DNA from: Patella caerulea
Lineage: Eukaryota
Direction of reading: 5' to 3'
Assembly (NCBI GenBank): GCA_036850965.1
Contig: JAZGQO010000014.1
Span: 6,790,208 to 6,854,207, forward strand
Length of the DNA: 64,000 nucleotides
The notes beneath the pieces are model-generated. The model ran no database searches. It was not told the origin of the DNA and saw only the letters and a list, made by a program, of their open reading frames with translations. Of the stretch, positions 1-12,239 are shown piece by piece. Each line of letters begins with the position of its first letter. Position 1 is the stretch's first letter. The translations under genes and the position numbers were made by a program.

Positions 1-926
1 AGCTGGCCATGATACCAAATCTTATTATCAAATATAACAGTCGGAAGGTCCCATGGAACTACTGTTACAATGTTCTTCTGCTCATAGTAATTCAATGTCA
101 TTTTCATTTCAGCTGATATGTTGTTATCATAGAAATAAAAATGGTTAGCACCAAGAATTTGTGACAGTTCTATGAATTCAACAATCTTTTCTTTTTTCAC
201 GCTACCAAATAATGGTGATATACAAATTCCAAACTCCTGTGGTTTAGAGAGAGGTTTAACTGGGATTATTGGAAGAGCAACATCAGATGATACAGAACTT
301 GCATAAACTGTCGACACACGGAGGGGACAAGGGTTTGACATATTTCTGGGTAATTCACAGGAATATATATATCCACCAAATGGTTTATTATGATTTTCAC
401 ACATTTCATATTGTTTGGCTATAATAATTACTGAGTTAATATGACAAAATATTGGAACTTTCTTTTTGGTTTTTTCTAGAAGTACCATCAGACGTATAAA
501 AACATTTGGTTTTCGGTCGTCAAGATATGCAGAGAAGACATAGACGCCTTGTTCCAGTATCTTAAAGTTACTGTTTTTAACACTTTCATTACCATGCTGT
601 AAACAGTTTGAGCTCTTAGGGTTCTCATTTTGTTTTTTCAATCCTTCCATTTGTTTTTTGGCTTGGTGTACTTTCCTCTCTAAATCACTAATTTCTTTTG
701 ACAGCTGATTTAATTCTTTTTTATTGTTCACCCAAGTCTTTAAATCGGATAGATCCAATTGCTCCGTCAACTGGTATTCCGATTTTGAATCGTTATCTAT
801 TTGCTGAGGTTGGCGATCAGTTTGCAGTCGACTATGTATAAAAAGCACCATGCCAATATAAATTCCACATAATAACAAAATAAATCGATTGAAAGTAATA
901 GATTTGAGAAATCCACCCTTTTGCAT
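1..926 (-). CDS. Glycosyltransferase family 92 (Glyco_transf_92/DUF23) type-II membrane protein; start ATG at 924-926, C-terminus beyond window start (partial).
   Basis: Reverse-complement translation is open for about 308 codons from the ATG to the window edge. It reads MQKGGFLKSITFNRFILLLCGIYIGMVLFIHS, a cytoplasmic tail plus one TM helix. A coiled-coil stem follows (LNQLSKEISDLERKVHQAKKQMEGLKKQN). Then the domain, with ICISPLFG, FIELSQILGANHFYFYDN, VVPWDLP and WYHGQ. These match the conserved GT92 blocks (CV.PLFG, HFY.Y, VPW.LP, Y.GQ..ALNDC..R). An uninterrupted 926-nt ORF in one-third-GC DNA cannot arise by chance. The supplied ORF track missed it because there is no in-window stop. Confidence 0.65.
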   Translation of the reverse strand, partial: MQKGGFLKSITFNRFILLLCGIYIGMVLFIHSRLQTDRQPQQIDNDSKSEYQLTEQLDLSDLKTWVNNKKELNQLSKEISDLERKVHQAKKQMEGLKKQNENPKSSNCLQHGNESVKNSNFKILEQGVYVFSAYLDDRKPNVFIRLMVLLEKTKKKVPIFCHINSVIIIAKQYEMCENHNKPFGGYIYSCELPRNMSNPCPLRVSTVYASSVSSDVALPIIPVKPLSKPQEFGICISPLFGSVKKEKIVEFIELSQILGANHFYFYDNNISAEMKMTLNYYEQKNIVTVVPWDLPTVIFDNKIWYHGQ

Positions 927-1491
927 GTTGATTTTTTTCCACAGGGTTAGACTTGACTAAAATATTTCGTGATGTATCAAATCTTGATGTCTCGTTCTTT
1001 CGACCACAGTTCCTTCATTACACGAAATGTAAGAGGAAATATTACTCACTCAGCAATCCCAATATGAATCACACGTCAGTTGATAGAATTTAGAAATTGA
1101 TGCCATGATGATTTGAATAGGCCATCTGCTTCATGGTGTGACTGAAAAGAAAAACAAAAGCATGATTGAGCTAACACAAAGACAGCTTAATATTTCTGCT
1201 GCTATTTTCATGGCAAGGGAAGACAACAAAAGTATTACTGTGACGCATTCACAGTAATTAGTTATAATCTCAGATTTGTCAGCAGAAGAAATAGGAAATT
1301 AATTTGTCTGACAGAATGCTTCTCTACTTCCAGACAATTTGGCCTTTATTTTGTGGCGCCATTCCTGTTAAATTATTCAGACATTATTTCCTATAAAATA
1401 TCCGGTTATAATTGCAATTTCTGTCTGAACAACAGTAATGATGTCACATTTAATTAAAAGTCAGGAAATAACTTCTTGCATGTCAAACACA

Positions 1492-1652
1492 TCAGCTAAA
1501 AAGAACTTTATGACAGGACTATTTTCAATAACAATTAAATTCTTACATTTAAAAAAAAAAAGATAATAGTCAACTGAACCAGTTCATTTTTAGTCAAATG
1601 GTCAGCTAAAAGAACTCTATTACAGCACTATTTTCAATATCAATTAAATTAT
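1492..1652. repeat. Local direct duplication (about 50-bp unit cagctaaaa(a)gaact.tat.acag.actattttcaata.caattaaatt, two copies about 110 bp apart)
   Basis: Copies at 1492-1541 and 1603-1652 are about 88% identical. Confidence 0.5.
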
Positions 1653-1796
1653 GTGCAACAGATAGCTAGCTCTATGTTGATTTTGGGTCTTTTCAGATAC
1701 ATAAAACCACAGAAATTTTTTTTCTATACTTAAATATGAAATGCTATTTTAATCATAAAGACAATGAACACATAAAAATGAAATTAAATTAAATCA

Positions 1797-1900
1797 GCAT
1801 TATGCAAGAGTTAGATCTGCCTATTTCAGGTCTTTCTTTAGGTCTTAAAATGATATGTAAACTATTAATTAGACAAGACCATAATCAACTCACAAGGCTA
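1797..1900 (+). repeat. Short dispersed repeat R4 (core tgcaagag.ta.atctgcctatt.caggtcttt), copy 1
   Basis: The same roughly 100-bp sequence recurs at 7157-7260 and 37862-37990, the last inside a HINE1 copy. Confidence 0.4.
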
Positions 1901-3230
1901 TCGGAAGAGTTCAATGTAAAGTAGATTTGAAAGGTTTGGTAATTTAATATTTTTATGATAAAGCAAGGCTTGGACTCAAACGCTAATTTCCTTGCTCAGT
2001 TTAAAATAATTTTTATGAAATTTTCAATATATTCATTTTACATTATTTATTTTTGAACTATTATAGTAAGAATGACCAGTGCTTTATCTAAATCTTACAT
2101 AATGTATCTTTAATTTACAGTTAATTTATAAAATTTGAGTTATTACCAAATTATTCCACTAATTCTTTTACATTACTAACATGAGATAACCTGGCCGTTC
2201 ACTTTATGTGCAGTATGACAAATCTAAGCAGTGGGCAAATCTTGTCAAAATTTTACAGGGCATTTGTCACAATTTTCCTTTAATTGAATTCTTTATGTGC
2301 AATGCACAAACAACATGAATAATATACATCCTGTTATATCTTTCTTGTTAATCATAATTCAATAATATATGTGTACATGCTGTTTTATGAAGTGGAAATA
2401 ATGTTCAGTTTGATTTTCAAAGTAATGTGCTACCAAGCAATAATGGGACATAATACATATAGTGTAATCACTATGATAAAATATCTAACACTAATTATAC
2501 TGTTCAAATCTTCCTCAGAAATGATTAATAAAGTGAAAACTACAAGACAATTGTTGGTTACCGAAATAACCATTGATTAATTATTATAATTTGATAAGAC
2601 AATAGCATCTCCAACTAGTATATTTGCAGGTCAATACTTGTGAATGAAGAAATAAAACATCCAACCTGTAGTTAATTAGATAAATAGGCTTGGTGTCTTT
2701 GATTGGTAAACAGTCCTGATTTGTTGTATCAACAATCTTGTCGGTAGATTTTTTTCTCAGATTGATTTTTTTCATGTACACTGCACATTTCATGTAATCT
2801 CACACAAAACATTTACATGTGTTATAAAATATTCATATTTCTTTATATAAATGTATTTTTTAATGAATAACTAAACCTCAAAGATCTCCAGAATGCGTTT
2901 ATATAATAAAAATAATAGGTTGCTAAGCGTGGAATCAGAAAGGAAAACATGGATGTTGAGAAAATCTTATGGATCAACAATCCTCGAAGAAACACAATCT
3001 CTAGGGTTTATCCGCTTATGACCCTATTGCGTCTATTATAAACAAATTTGAAAAAAATTAGTTAAAACTGTAGTTTATATCACATTTACAAGGTTTTTTG
3101 GCAAAGAGGGGATTATTCTAGCATTCACAAGGTTTTCAGCAAATGGGCATAACCCATAACAGAAAGTCATAGAAAGCTGAATATCGATAAGATTTACCCT
3201 TTCATGACCACAATGCTTCACACCAAATAT

Positions 3231-3752
3231 AACAAGCCAACAGTGAGGCTGATGTCCCCCGCCGAAATCCCAAAATAAATAAATGACACATATTAATTAA
3301 TCACACATTTATTTTTTTCAAAAGTATCAAGCAATCAAACTATACTGTAAGTTTCATCATCGACCAATGAAATTGCTTAGCTTTAGCTCGAAATGTTAAT
3401 CATTGACTCGGTCAAGACATTCATTCACCTGATGAACATCTACATCAGGTTTAAACATTGTACCTCAATTAAAAGCAGAGTTGTTATGTTCCAAAGTGAC
3501 CAGTCAAATTACTTATCGCTCCCAAGGCTAAGCAGAAAATTTTCACCTCCAAACTTAGTCAAGGCAATGACATAATGAATCTATATTTGGAGTTTTGTCG
3601 CTATCACTTCCACAAAGCATCAACCAATCAGATTGCTTATCTCTGCTTACCGTGAGCCGACAATAATCATCTTCGAACTCCATCAAGGCATGGAGCTAAT
3701 GAACACCTACACCAAGTTTGAATATTCGACCTCAATTAGAAGGAGAGTTAAT
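3231..3752 (+). mobile_element. HINE1 copy 1: satellite-carrying Helitron/Helentron-like non-autonomous element (pearl/Cg170-HINE-like), 3'-truncated
   Basis: It has the canonical head aacaagccaacagtgaggctgatgtcccccgccgaaatcccaaaataaat..gacacatattaattaatc.cacatttatttttttcaaa.gtatc. About 145-bp satellite monomers follow (..tacaccaagtttgaa...caattagaaggagagtt..). The copy diverges at about 3752 before reaching the microsatellite and hairpin tail. The same head occurs at 18884, 22998, 26811 and 37350. Confidence 0.7.
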
Positions 3753-4879
3753 AACGGTTTTCCCGCATTCGGGTTAGCGATGGATGCATTCATGTTTGCC
3801 CTCTATATAAACAGGGCTTAAATCTTTTTAGTATCGATGGATCTGCAGCAGGAAGAGCGGGCACAATATTGTCATTAAAGCAATAGGAATATGATGACAT
3901 TAATGTAGGCATTTCCTTGAGTATTAGAGGTAACTCTTTCAAAATACAAGGGCACTTTTAGAAGAAGAAGGGTATGGCAGCATACAGGACGCAACACTCG
4001 ACTCTGCTAAACATTTACAATACTAGGCCGCATTCTATGGGCACAAATTCTCGCTAGAAAAATGTTTTCGTTCCTTCAAGTCTGGTCTAGAAAATATTTT
4101 ATCGGTGTATAGTTTATATAGGAATTAGCGTTTGCTGAAATGATCCACAAAATATATAATTGTTCTTCGCTGATATTGGTCTTTGAAATCCAGAGTATTT
4201 ATTGATAGTAATTTTCATAGTGCGCGAGGTCACTGGACAGAATTCACAGTTATTCTCCGTGTCACGTTTTCGCTTTTTCCACAATCGACCAATCACGTTA
4301 TTGTCTACATTTGCGTGTGTTGTTGGTAAACACAAAATGGCTCGCTCAACGGGGAGCACATTCCAGTTATAGAAAGTTATAGAATCTACATGAAATGGCG
4401 ACAAAGACCAAATACATTAGTATTGTTCACTTAAACAGTGTTGAGAGGAAAGGTGCAAAATCCTTTCCAAAGACAAAGTGGGACAAGTGTCGTGAGGTAT
4501 AAGACTGGTTTAAATTGGATGGAAATGACCAGTCCACTTGTCGATACAAATGGATTGATAATGAAGGATACACTATTTACCTGTAATATATTAAGACTCG
4601 CCCAAACTTTCTACCTGCAATGAACATGCATAAAGGTAGTATATAAGCCGGGCAATCTGGCTTGTTTGGGAGATGAATTATGACAGTGGTACTGAGGTCT
4701 CGATACTGCCACCAGGTACTTGGGTGAGTGAAATTATGCTATTAACTTTGTTGTCTTGGGTTCCTCTGTGCAGGATTCGTGTGTTTTTACCCATCGTTGT
4801 ATATTTTAGTATGAGTAAATTTATGTACAAATGTTGACTAATTTTACAGGTCCCCTTTTAGTATCTACTGATGTCAATT

Positions 4880-5290
4880 GTTCCTGGAATGGTATCGTCG
4901 ATGAATAGTCGCCAATAAAAGGTATCATAGTATTATGGTCTTGCCAATGGGTGGACAGTTTCTTCTTGGAATGGTATTGTCTAAGAATAGTTGCCGATGA
5001 ATGGTATCGTCGTTGAATAGTTGCCGATAAATGGTATCGTAGTTGAATAGTTGCTGAAAAATGGTATCGTTGAATAGTTGCCGATAAATGATATCGTCGT
5101 TGAATAGTTGCCGATAAATGGTATCGTTGTAGTATGGTCTTGCCGATGTCTGGACAGTTTCTTCTTGGGACAGTATCGTCTGAGAATAGTCGCCGATAAA
5201 TAGTATCGTCAACAGTTTGTTCCTGGAATGGTATCGTCGATGACTAGTGGCCGATAAATGGTATCGTCGGAGTATGGTCTTGCCGATGGG
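4880..5290. repeat. Minisatellite, about 30-bp unit (aatggtatcgtcgttgaatagttgccgata), about 13 copies, some 27-bp variants
   Basis: The tandem periodicity is visible directly. The 95-aa minus ORF at 4925-5212 is its in-frame translation (YRQLFNDD repeated). Confidence 0.85.
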
Positions 5291-6087
5291 TGGACATTTT
5301 GTAACGTCCTAATTCATTTAGTGCGCATTTGTGAAAGAATTGTTATGTTGTATATTTATATTGTACTATATAAACTGAATTCTTTTGTATCTTAGTTCTC
5401 TTTATTCCCCAAAACGGCCACGCCTCGCCAATCCTGTGAAACCCTTACAATTCGGAGCTTGTTTAAGATATTTCAGCATTTATTTTTAATATTTTTGCAA
5501 CTTTTTAACAGTTCTTATCCTTTATTTCGAAATATGTTTTTTTTCATTCTTAATCTTAGCTATATACTATACATGATCATTATTAAGACAGCAGGCCAGG
5601 CATGTTTTAAGTATGTTGTTATGTAAAATGAATGCTTTTATTAGAAATATACCTGTAGAAATAGTGACTCTGTTGTATTCCTTGTAATCTCACTTAATAT
5701 GAAGGCATTTTCCCACTATTTCCAGTGAAATCGACCGGTCCAATATCCTTTGTCCGTGTTGACGGACACATTTTGTGTCAATGTGATAAAACTATCTTTC
5801 TGTGGCTCTCTTACATCACTTCCCTACACGGATGGCACGTTTGTTTGGTTCGCTGGATCTCTGTTCGGACTGACCACGAGCAATTTGCAGGGTAAATCGT
5901 GCACATGGCTTTGGTTACAAATGCTATGACCTGGCACTTGAACCCATAACTTTTGACCACGAACCCCTCAAGCGCGACCTGTGATTGGTCAAATTTGAAA
6001 TACCTGCGCAGCATCCAACTCACATATACGCAAATATGGCTCTGCACTATAAAGAAATAGGTCATGGATTTCAGGTCAATTTCGAGC

Positions 6088-6561
6088 TTAAAGGAGCTAA
6101 ATCGCTAACATTTGGGACCTAGAAATTGACTCAAGTGGGTCGCAACGCATATAATACTGTAATATGAATGTATATAAACTGATTTGCATTCAACTGTTTC
6201 CGTTTTACTCTAATTTCAAATCAGTTATGTTCGGCAAAATAAACCAGAAGTGTCAACCAAAGGCATTTTCTTTTTAGCGTCTAGTTATTCCAGTCTACAT
6301 GCGCCGTTTGATTTGGTACAATGTTTTTAGCCTCGTTCCTCGAGTCTCATGTTAGAACTGGGGCTGAAGCGCATTATGGTACACGATTCGTGTACCAATG
6401 GTAAAATATTTATTTTGTCTTAAATATTGGATATCAGAAGCCCACCTTTTCCCGGTAGGATCACATCATCAATTTTGATTTAATTTAAATTGACAAATAA
6501 TTCGTGTTTTCTATGTTGAAGATTTTGGATGATATTGAGTTAAAGACTTAGCTCCTTTAAA
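6088..6561 (+). mobile_element. MITE-like element, about 470 bp with 14-bp TIR tttaaaggagctaa, copy A
   Basis: Left end ttaaaggagctaaatcgctaac, right end gttaaagacttagctcctttaaa, which is the inverse of the left. It has an internal palindrome ggtacacgaatcgtgtacc. Copy B at 7351-7815 is its exact reverse complement, and a third partial copy lies at 63450-63720. Confidence 0.65.
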
Positions 6562-7156
6562 CTATTAAATTTACAAAATATATTGGAAAACTTTGTTGAC
6601 ATGTTGATTGCACGATTATTAATAGTCTGATTTCTAGACCGGTTTAGCGAGAGCGAAAGTGACAGGTTTTTCGACCCGAGAATGCAGCCTATACGTGGGT
6701 ATTGTACAATGATAAATATCATTGGTTACAATTCATAAATTAACAATAAAACGGAAATCCATTGTTTAATAAAATGTCTTTAAATAAGAAAGACTTGAAA
6801 TTTCTATTGACATTTTAAAGCATATCCACTCATAACAATAAATTGATTTTTTTTTAAAATTCAAAACACGAACAACCCTTTTCAATTATATTGAACTGAA
6901 TTTTTATGGTCAAGGACTGTTGCTAAAAATAAATCTGATCGATCAAAGATAATATTTTTTTGAATAAACTGCATATAGTTTGAATAGTAAAAAGCTTGAA
7001 CCCAGAGTCAAGTATATGCCTAATGAGTTTTTATTAGGAACTGCTTGGGATTGATTTGCCAGTTCACGGATAAACCCTATTGACCAGTAATAAGGATTAA
7101 CCTTCTCGAATTACAGATTCCATCATCAGTATTTGATTCCTTGTCAAAATCTTTGC

Positions 7157-7260
7157 AAGAGCTAAATCTTCCTATTGCAGGTCTTTTTTCTGCATTCAAA
7201 TATAAACTATTATTTAAACATTTATTAACATGACAACCTATTATCAACTTTGTAGGTCAT
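7157..7260 (+). repeat. Dispersed repeat R4, copy 2
   Basis: ctttgcaagagctaaatcttcctattgcaggtcttttttctg.. is homologous to 1797-1900 and 37862-37990. Confidence 0.4.
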
Positions 7261-7350
7261 CAGATGGATAAACTATTAAATGGATTAGAACACCAAATGT
7301 TGGCAAATTTTCAATCAAAATCTTTGTAAATGTTGAACAGAATTGGACCA

Positions 7351-7815
7351 TTTTAAAGGAGCTAAGTCTTTAACTCAATATCATCCAAAATCTTCAACAT
7401 TGAAAACACAAATTATTTGTCAATTTAAATCAAAATTGATGATGTGATCTTACCGGAAAAAGATGGGCTTCTGATATTATTTAAAACAAAATAAATATTT
7501 TACCATTGGTACACGAATCGTGTACCATAATGCATTTCAGCCCCAGTTCTAACAAGAGACTCGAGGAACGAGGCTAGAAACATTGTACCAAGTCAAACTT
7601 CGAATGTAGACTGGAATAACTAGACGCTAAAAAAATGCCTTCGGTTGACAATGCTGATTTATTTCGCCGAACATAACTGATTTGAAATTACAGTAAAAAC
7701 GGACACCATTGAATGCAAATCAGTTTATATACATACATATTAGAGTATTATATGCGTTGCGACCAACTTGAGTCAATTTCTAGGTCCCAAATGTTAGCGA
7801 TTTAGCGCCTTTAAA
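7351..7815 (-). mobile_element. MITE-like element, copy B (inverted relative to copy A, about 790 bp away)
   Basis: It is the reverse complement of 6088-6561 at about 95% identity, with the same TIRs ttaaaggagctaag and gcgcctttaaa. Confidence 0.65.
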
Positions 7816-9744
7816 CTAAAATTTCAAAACTATACAATTTATGTACGGGTAATTGTCTAGTATGATAAAAATTCAGGTCACATGTATAACTCTGTCACGA
7901 TTTTTATATGTTCAAAATAGATCTCTTTGTCTTGATGACCCTTGAGCATGATTTATTTGTTTAGAAATCTAATGTTCTTCAAATATATTACTTATTAAAC
8001 TGCACTGAAAAAATGGTGAGATTACATTAGTAAAAAGCTGTTAAATGTATAAAATGGTTTGGTATTGGCTACTTGACAAAATAGTACAAAACATTTGAAA
8101 TTATAAAGAAAAGTTTCTGTAAAAGTCTTATAACAACTAACATACAGACTTTCGAGCAACCAGAACAAAACAAATAGCCATTTATCAAAGTGACTAGATC
8201 TGACTGGCCATAGCTTTGTAATGAAACAAGATATTGTAAGGAAGTTAATAAAGTATAATGTATGGGTAAATAAAAAGTCAGTAGCCATTATAATAGGAAT
8301 GATAGATTTACATGTTTCTATTAACCAATGTAAGGATACTACAAGTTTATCTACCGTCCACACCCTCAAACTAATTTAATGTCAAATAAATTTTGTTTCT
8401 TATTTTTCAGTTGGCAAGTATTTACTCCTTAAACCTGGTTAACACCACGAACACATAAATCTAGACAATGTTAGATAGCATTTTACCTAAAATGGAAACA
8501 TAAAGTATCCATCATTAGTGTCTTAACGAGTAACCATGATGATGAAATAGAGACATTAGTGTTTTAACAAGAGGGTAAAACAATCAATCCACTAAGGTCT
8601 AAAACTACAGATCTCTTTTGCATAATTTCTATACAAATTGCAAAAGGAATTCTGAGTTTTACTTGATTCCAATATTTTTCCTTTATTATGATGCACATAA
8701 TTGTACGTCGTTATAATTGATGTCTTGGACAAACTGTAAAAGATCCCAGAAAACTAAATAAAATAAGAAAAATATGGTAAATTTTACCTCTTTATCATGC
8801 TACACCCTGTATGTACATGTTCTTCTGTGTAAGTTACATATATTCTTGATAAAAGGAGTACATTATAGATTACTTATAATGGTGTATAGTATATGCACAC
8901 TTCATTTATAATTCATGTTTTAAGACAGGTGTTATTGAAGTTTATCATTGATAACAAATTATAAAATATTTATAACTGGTATACTGTCGGATATCGGATA
9001 TCGGATATCAATAAACAATATAAACAGGTTGTTTAATTACCAAAATTATCATAAGGAAATTTTTTTTTTAAAACTAATTAAAAATTCAATATGAGTTATA
9101 AATGTAATGAAATGGGGGTTTAACATACTTTTCTGCATCAACCGACCTATTGATCAAATAGAAGACATTAAGGTAGTCAATTTCAATCTTACATGAAAAC
9201 ACAATCTTATACAAAATTATTTACACCAGTATACAAGCTATTATCAAATATAATACATGAAGATTTCATTATCTAAGTATATAGCTGTTATGTTCTCGTA
9301 TAGAGGAGTTGTAGAATATCCAAATTTTTCTGATTAACTTATACTTTTAGGTCTCAAAGAGTAAACATATATCCTAGTTTAATTTTACAAAAATATTTAA
9401 AATTCTATAGGACAGTTTTGAAAATATGTGTATTTACATGATCCTATGTAAAATACATATCAATTTCGTATGTTTTCCCTTATTATTTCAGTACTGATAG
9501 CTACTTTAATTTGATGAAATTAAATAAAGACATCATATCACTTGGTTTTGATATTTACTCTATGCAATCCATAAACAGCACCACAAAATTAAAAATATTG
9601 TTTGTCGCATCTGTCACAATTTTAATGAATTTTTCTTTTAACATGTATTTTTGATCAATATGAAACTAAAGTATATATACAAGCTATAAAGTAAATTTAT
9701 GGTTGTATTTTCCTTGATTTGGTTTTGAAATCAATAAACTGGAG

Positions 9745-10023
9745 ATTTAATGGTGTCCCATCTGTCACAGATCCCTATTTTATACTATCCGTTGCAGAGT
9801 TTTGGTCCCATCCGTCACAATGAACAGAGTGCCTGAAATCTTGACACCCGCGACTTCATACTTAAGAAGATCTGCGTACTAAATTTCAATCAAATACATG
9901 TACCTCAACCTTTAACCATAGTGTTGGAAAATGATGATGAACTTTCTTGGCCAATGCAGGGATCTAACATGCAACCTTCTGGCTACCGAGTCAGCATCTT
10001 ACCCACTTCGCCACCATGGCTCC
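9745..10023 (-). mobile_element. tRNA-derived SINE (minus-strand orientation)
   Basis: The minus strand starts ggagccatggtggcgaagtgggtaagatgctgactcggtagccagaaggttgcatgttagatccctgcattggcc. It has box A (tggcgaagtggg) and a box B-like motif (gttagatccc) but no valid acceptor stem, so it is not a functional tRNA. The 3' part contains a duplicated roughly 40-bp motif (gtcccatc.gtcaca). Confidence 0.5.
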
Positions 10024-11804
10024 TGCAAACTATAAGAGTATTTCTTTAAATTGAAATTATTTTATTCCCACTAAATAACAGACCTTATCAGAAACCCCTT
10101 AAATACAAATAATTGGCCAATTAATAAGCTCCCATTGAAAATCATATTTCAAGGCTCCACTGTGCAAGAATACATCATATCTTATAGCTATTGCAGTTCT
10201 GCCCTGTAACTACTTTTTATTATACAATCAATTTATTAATAATTTCATAAGATTTTATCATCTTTAAACATCATTCTCCCTTAAGTCGTATATTTGTAAA
10301 ATCTTACGGAGCTGGCTGCAAGTAAATCTAAAGTTAATCTCTTAGAAAGCATTTTACAAATATAAACAAATAAGAGTACAATTTGTATGTCAGCCAATAT
10401 ATGGTTTTAATCCACCATTCACTAGCCAAGTGCCAGATACAAAAGAATTAAGCACTCACTGCATATTACAATTTTTCCTATTTTCTATGCATGAAAAGGA
10501 AGTTTTTTCAAATCATCCAATATTTTTATTGATACACCAGCTTTGTTTTTAGCTTTCTAAAAAGAGGAATGACCAGATTTACAAAATTGTTAAAATAGAG
10601 ACTTGCTTCTCACTCTGTCTTGACTAAGTCTCTGCATGTCATTTTTACTTTAATACCATGTGAATTTAGTAGAAATTTCACCTAAATATCTTCAGATCTA
10701 AATTCTGTCTCGTCCAAATAATTTGATTGGCTCTTTATACATAATTATCTTAATTTATTCATTTTCATTTGTATATTTGTTAAATTATCATCATTTCTAT
10801 TCACTGGACGGATTGAAACAAGAATCAAACAGAACTTACTTATCAATAAACAGTTAAATACCTGCAGGTTGAATAGATAGATCTAATTAATACCAAAATA
10901 TAAAAGGTTTTCTACATTATTATAACATTTATATCCCTAATACTGAAAACTCAAATTTATATCTAACCTTATAACAATTCAAAATATGTATACAAAATTT
11001 AAAACAAATGGTCATGGCCATGATTCAAGATATCTATATGACACTATTTCCTTACACACTCACTCTTATCTGTATTGGTAATTTGTTAACTTTCAACCGA
11101 TACTTCACTAAGTGATAAATCATAAAATGACACTGTCTTATAAACTGATAGCCTGTACTAAATATAGGTAATCGCCTACAATTAAATCTCAATTAACTTG
11201 CATATCAGTAACATTATGGCATGGCCACAAATTACTCTCAAAACTGTTCATATATAGATTCTGCTAAGCTATAATTGTAATATATAAAAATAGATCTGAA
11301 AATCATCTGATAATAAGAATTCTATACTTATCCTACATTTACATTCATTCATCTTTATTTAAAGAACAGTCCAAGTTTCATGAATCAGTTTATAAATAAA
11401 CTATGGATTAAGAGGTATTTAACTCATCAGATCAGTTCTTAACATGCCATTTAGTGAAAGTGTATTTTTTGAAGGATGGGTTTATACACTCTCAGAAGAG
11501 AAGATCCATTTGCTTGGTATTTCGAATACAAAATTCTGAGCTTACTCCTTTACAAGAATAGCACCATTTCTTTTTTTGATGGTTTTACAAATATGAAATG
11601 TCAACATAAGTACACTAAACTGTAGCCACTCACACTCAGGCATCTTCAAACCCAAAGAGCAGATAAATATTTATCCAAACCAACTTTCAATACTATTGTC
11701 ACACCATCTATGCAATTTCAATGTTTTGTCTACACACGTCTTCTTATGACAAATCTTCTACTTTATTATGACAACTGTTTATCTAAAGGACTAAGTTCTC
11801 TAGA

Positions 11805-11811
<7 letters not shown>

Positions 11812-11848
<37 letters not shown>

Positions 11849-12096
11849 AAAAAAGTTCTGGAAACAACTCTCAGGTGATATATAAATAAATAAGATGTTT
11901 GAAAAGAAAATAGACTACATATTTAAAGTTAGCGCTTTCAGTTCCGTCGGAACCTCTTCAGACTTTTTAATATGATAGCGTAACTATATAAACAAAAATG
12001 TTAACAATACGCTATCATATTAAAAAGTCTGAAGAGGTTCCGACGGAACTGAAAGCGCTAACTTTAAATATGTAGTCTGTTTTCTTTTCAAACATC

Positions 12097-12130
<34 letters not shown>

Positions 12131-12131
12131 T
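11812..12131. repeat. 320-bp near-perfect palindrome, arms about 105 bp with 1 mismatch, about 25-nt central loop around 12000, both outer ends are (TA)n
   Basis: The left arm 11879-11990 (..tataaataaataagatgtttgaaaagaaaatagactacatatttaaagttagcgctttcagttccgtcggaacctcttcagactttttaatatgatagcgta) is the reverse complement of 12009-12118 except for one base (aaaatagac versus aaaacagac). (TA)17 lies at 11811-11847 and (TA)12 at 12107-12130. There is an inner palindrome ttccgtcggaa. Confidence 0.9.
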
Positions 12132-12239
12132 GCAAGTAGGTAAACAATTCAATAGTAAGTCTGCCACTTCAATCCCACAATAAATAGATGACACTCATTA
12201 ATTACTGCACAGAAAGCATCTAGCAATTCATATAATTAA

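Noticed and set aside
4925-5212. 95-aa minus ORF with repeated YRQLFNDD
   Set aside because: It is a translation of the 30-bp minisatellite.
5990-6060. Y-box gtgattggtca about 50 bp upstream of ctataaag, immediately before MITE A
   Set aside because: CCAAT and TATA-like strings are frequent in one-third-GC DNA. No downstream ORF or exon exists.
8022-8369. 115-aa minus ORF
   Set aside because: It is low-complexity and hydrophobic (F/L/I-rich), typical of AT-rich non-coding sequence, with no supporting signals.
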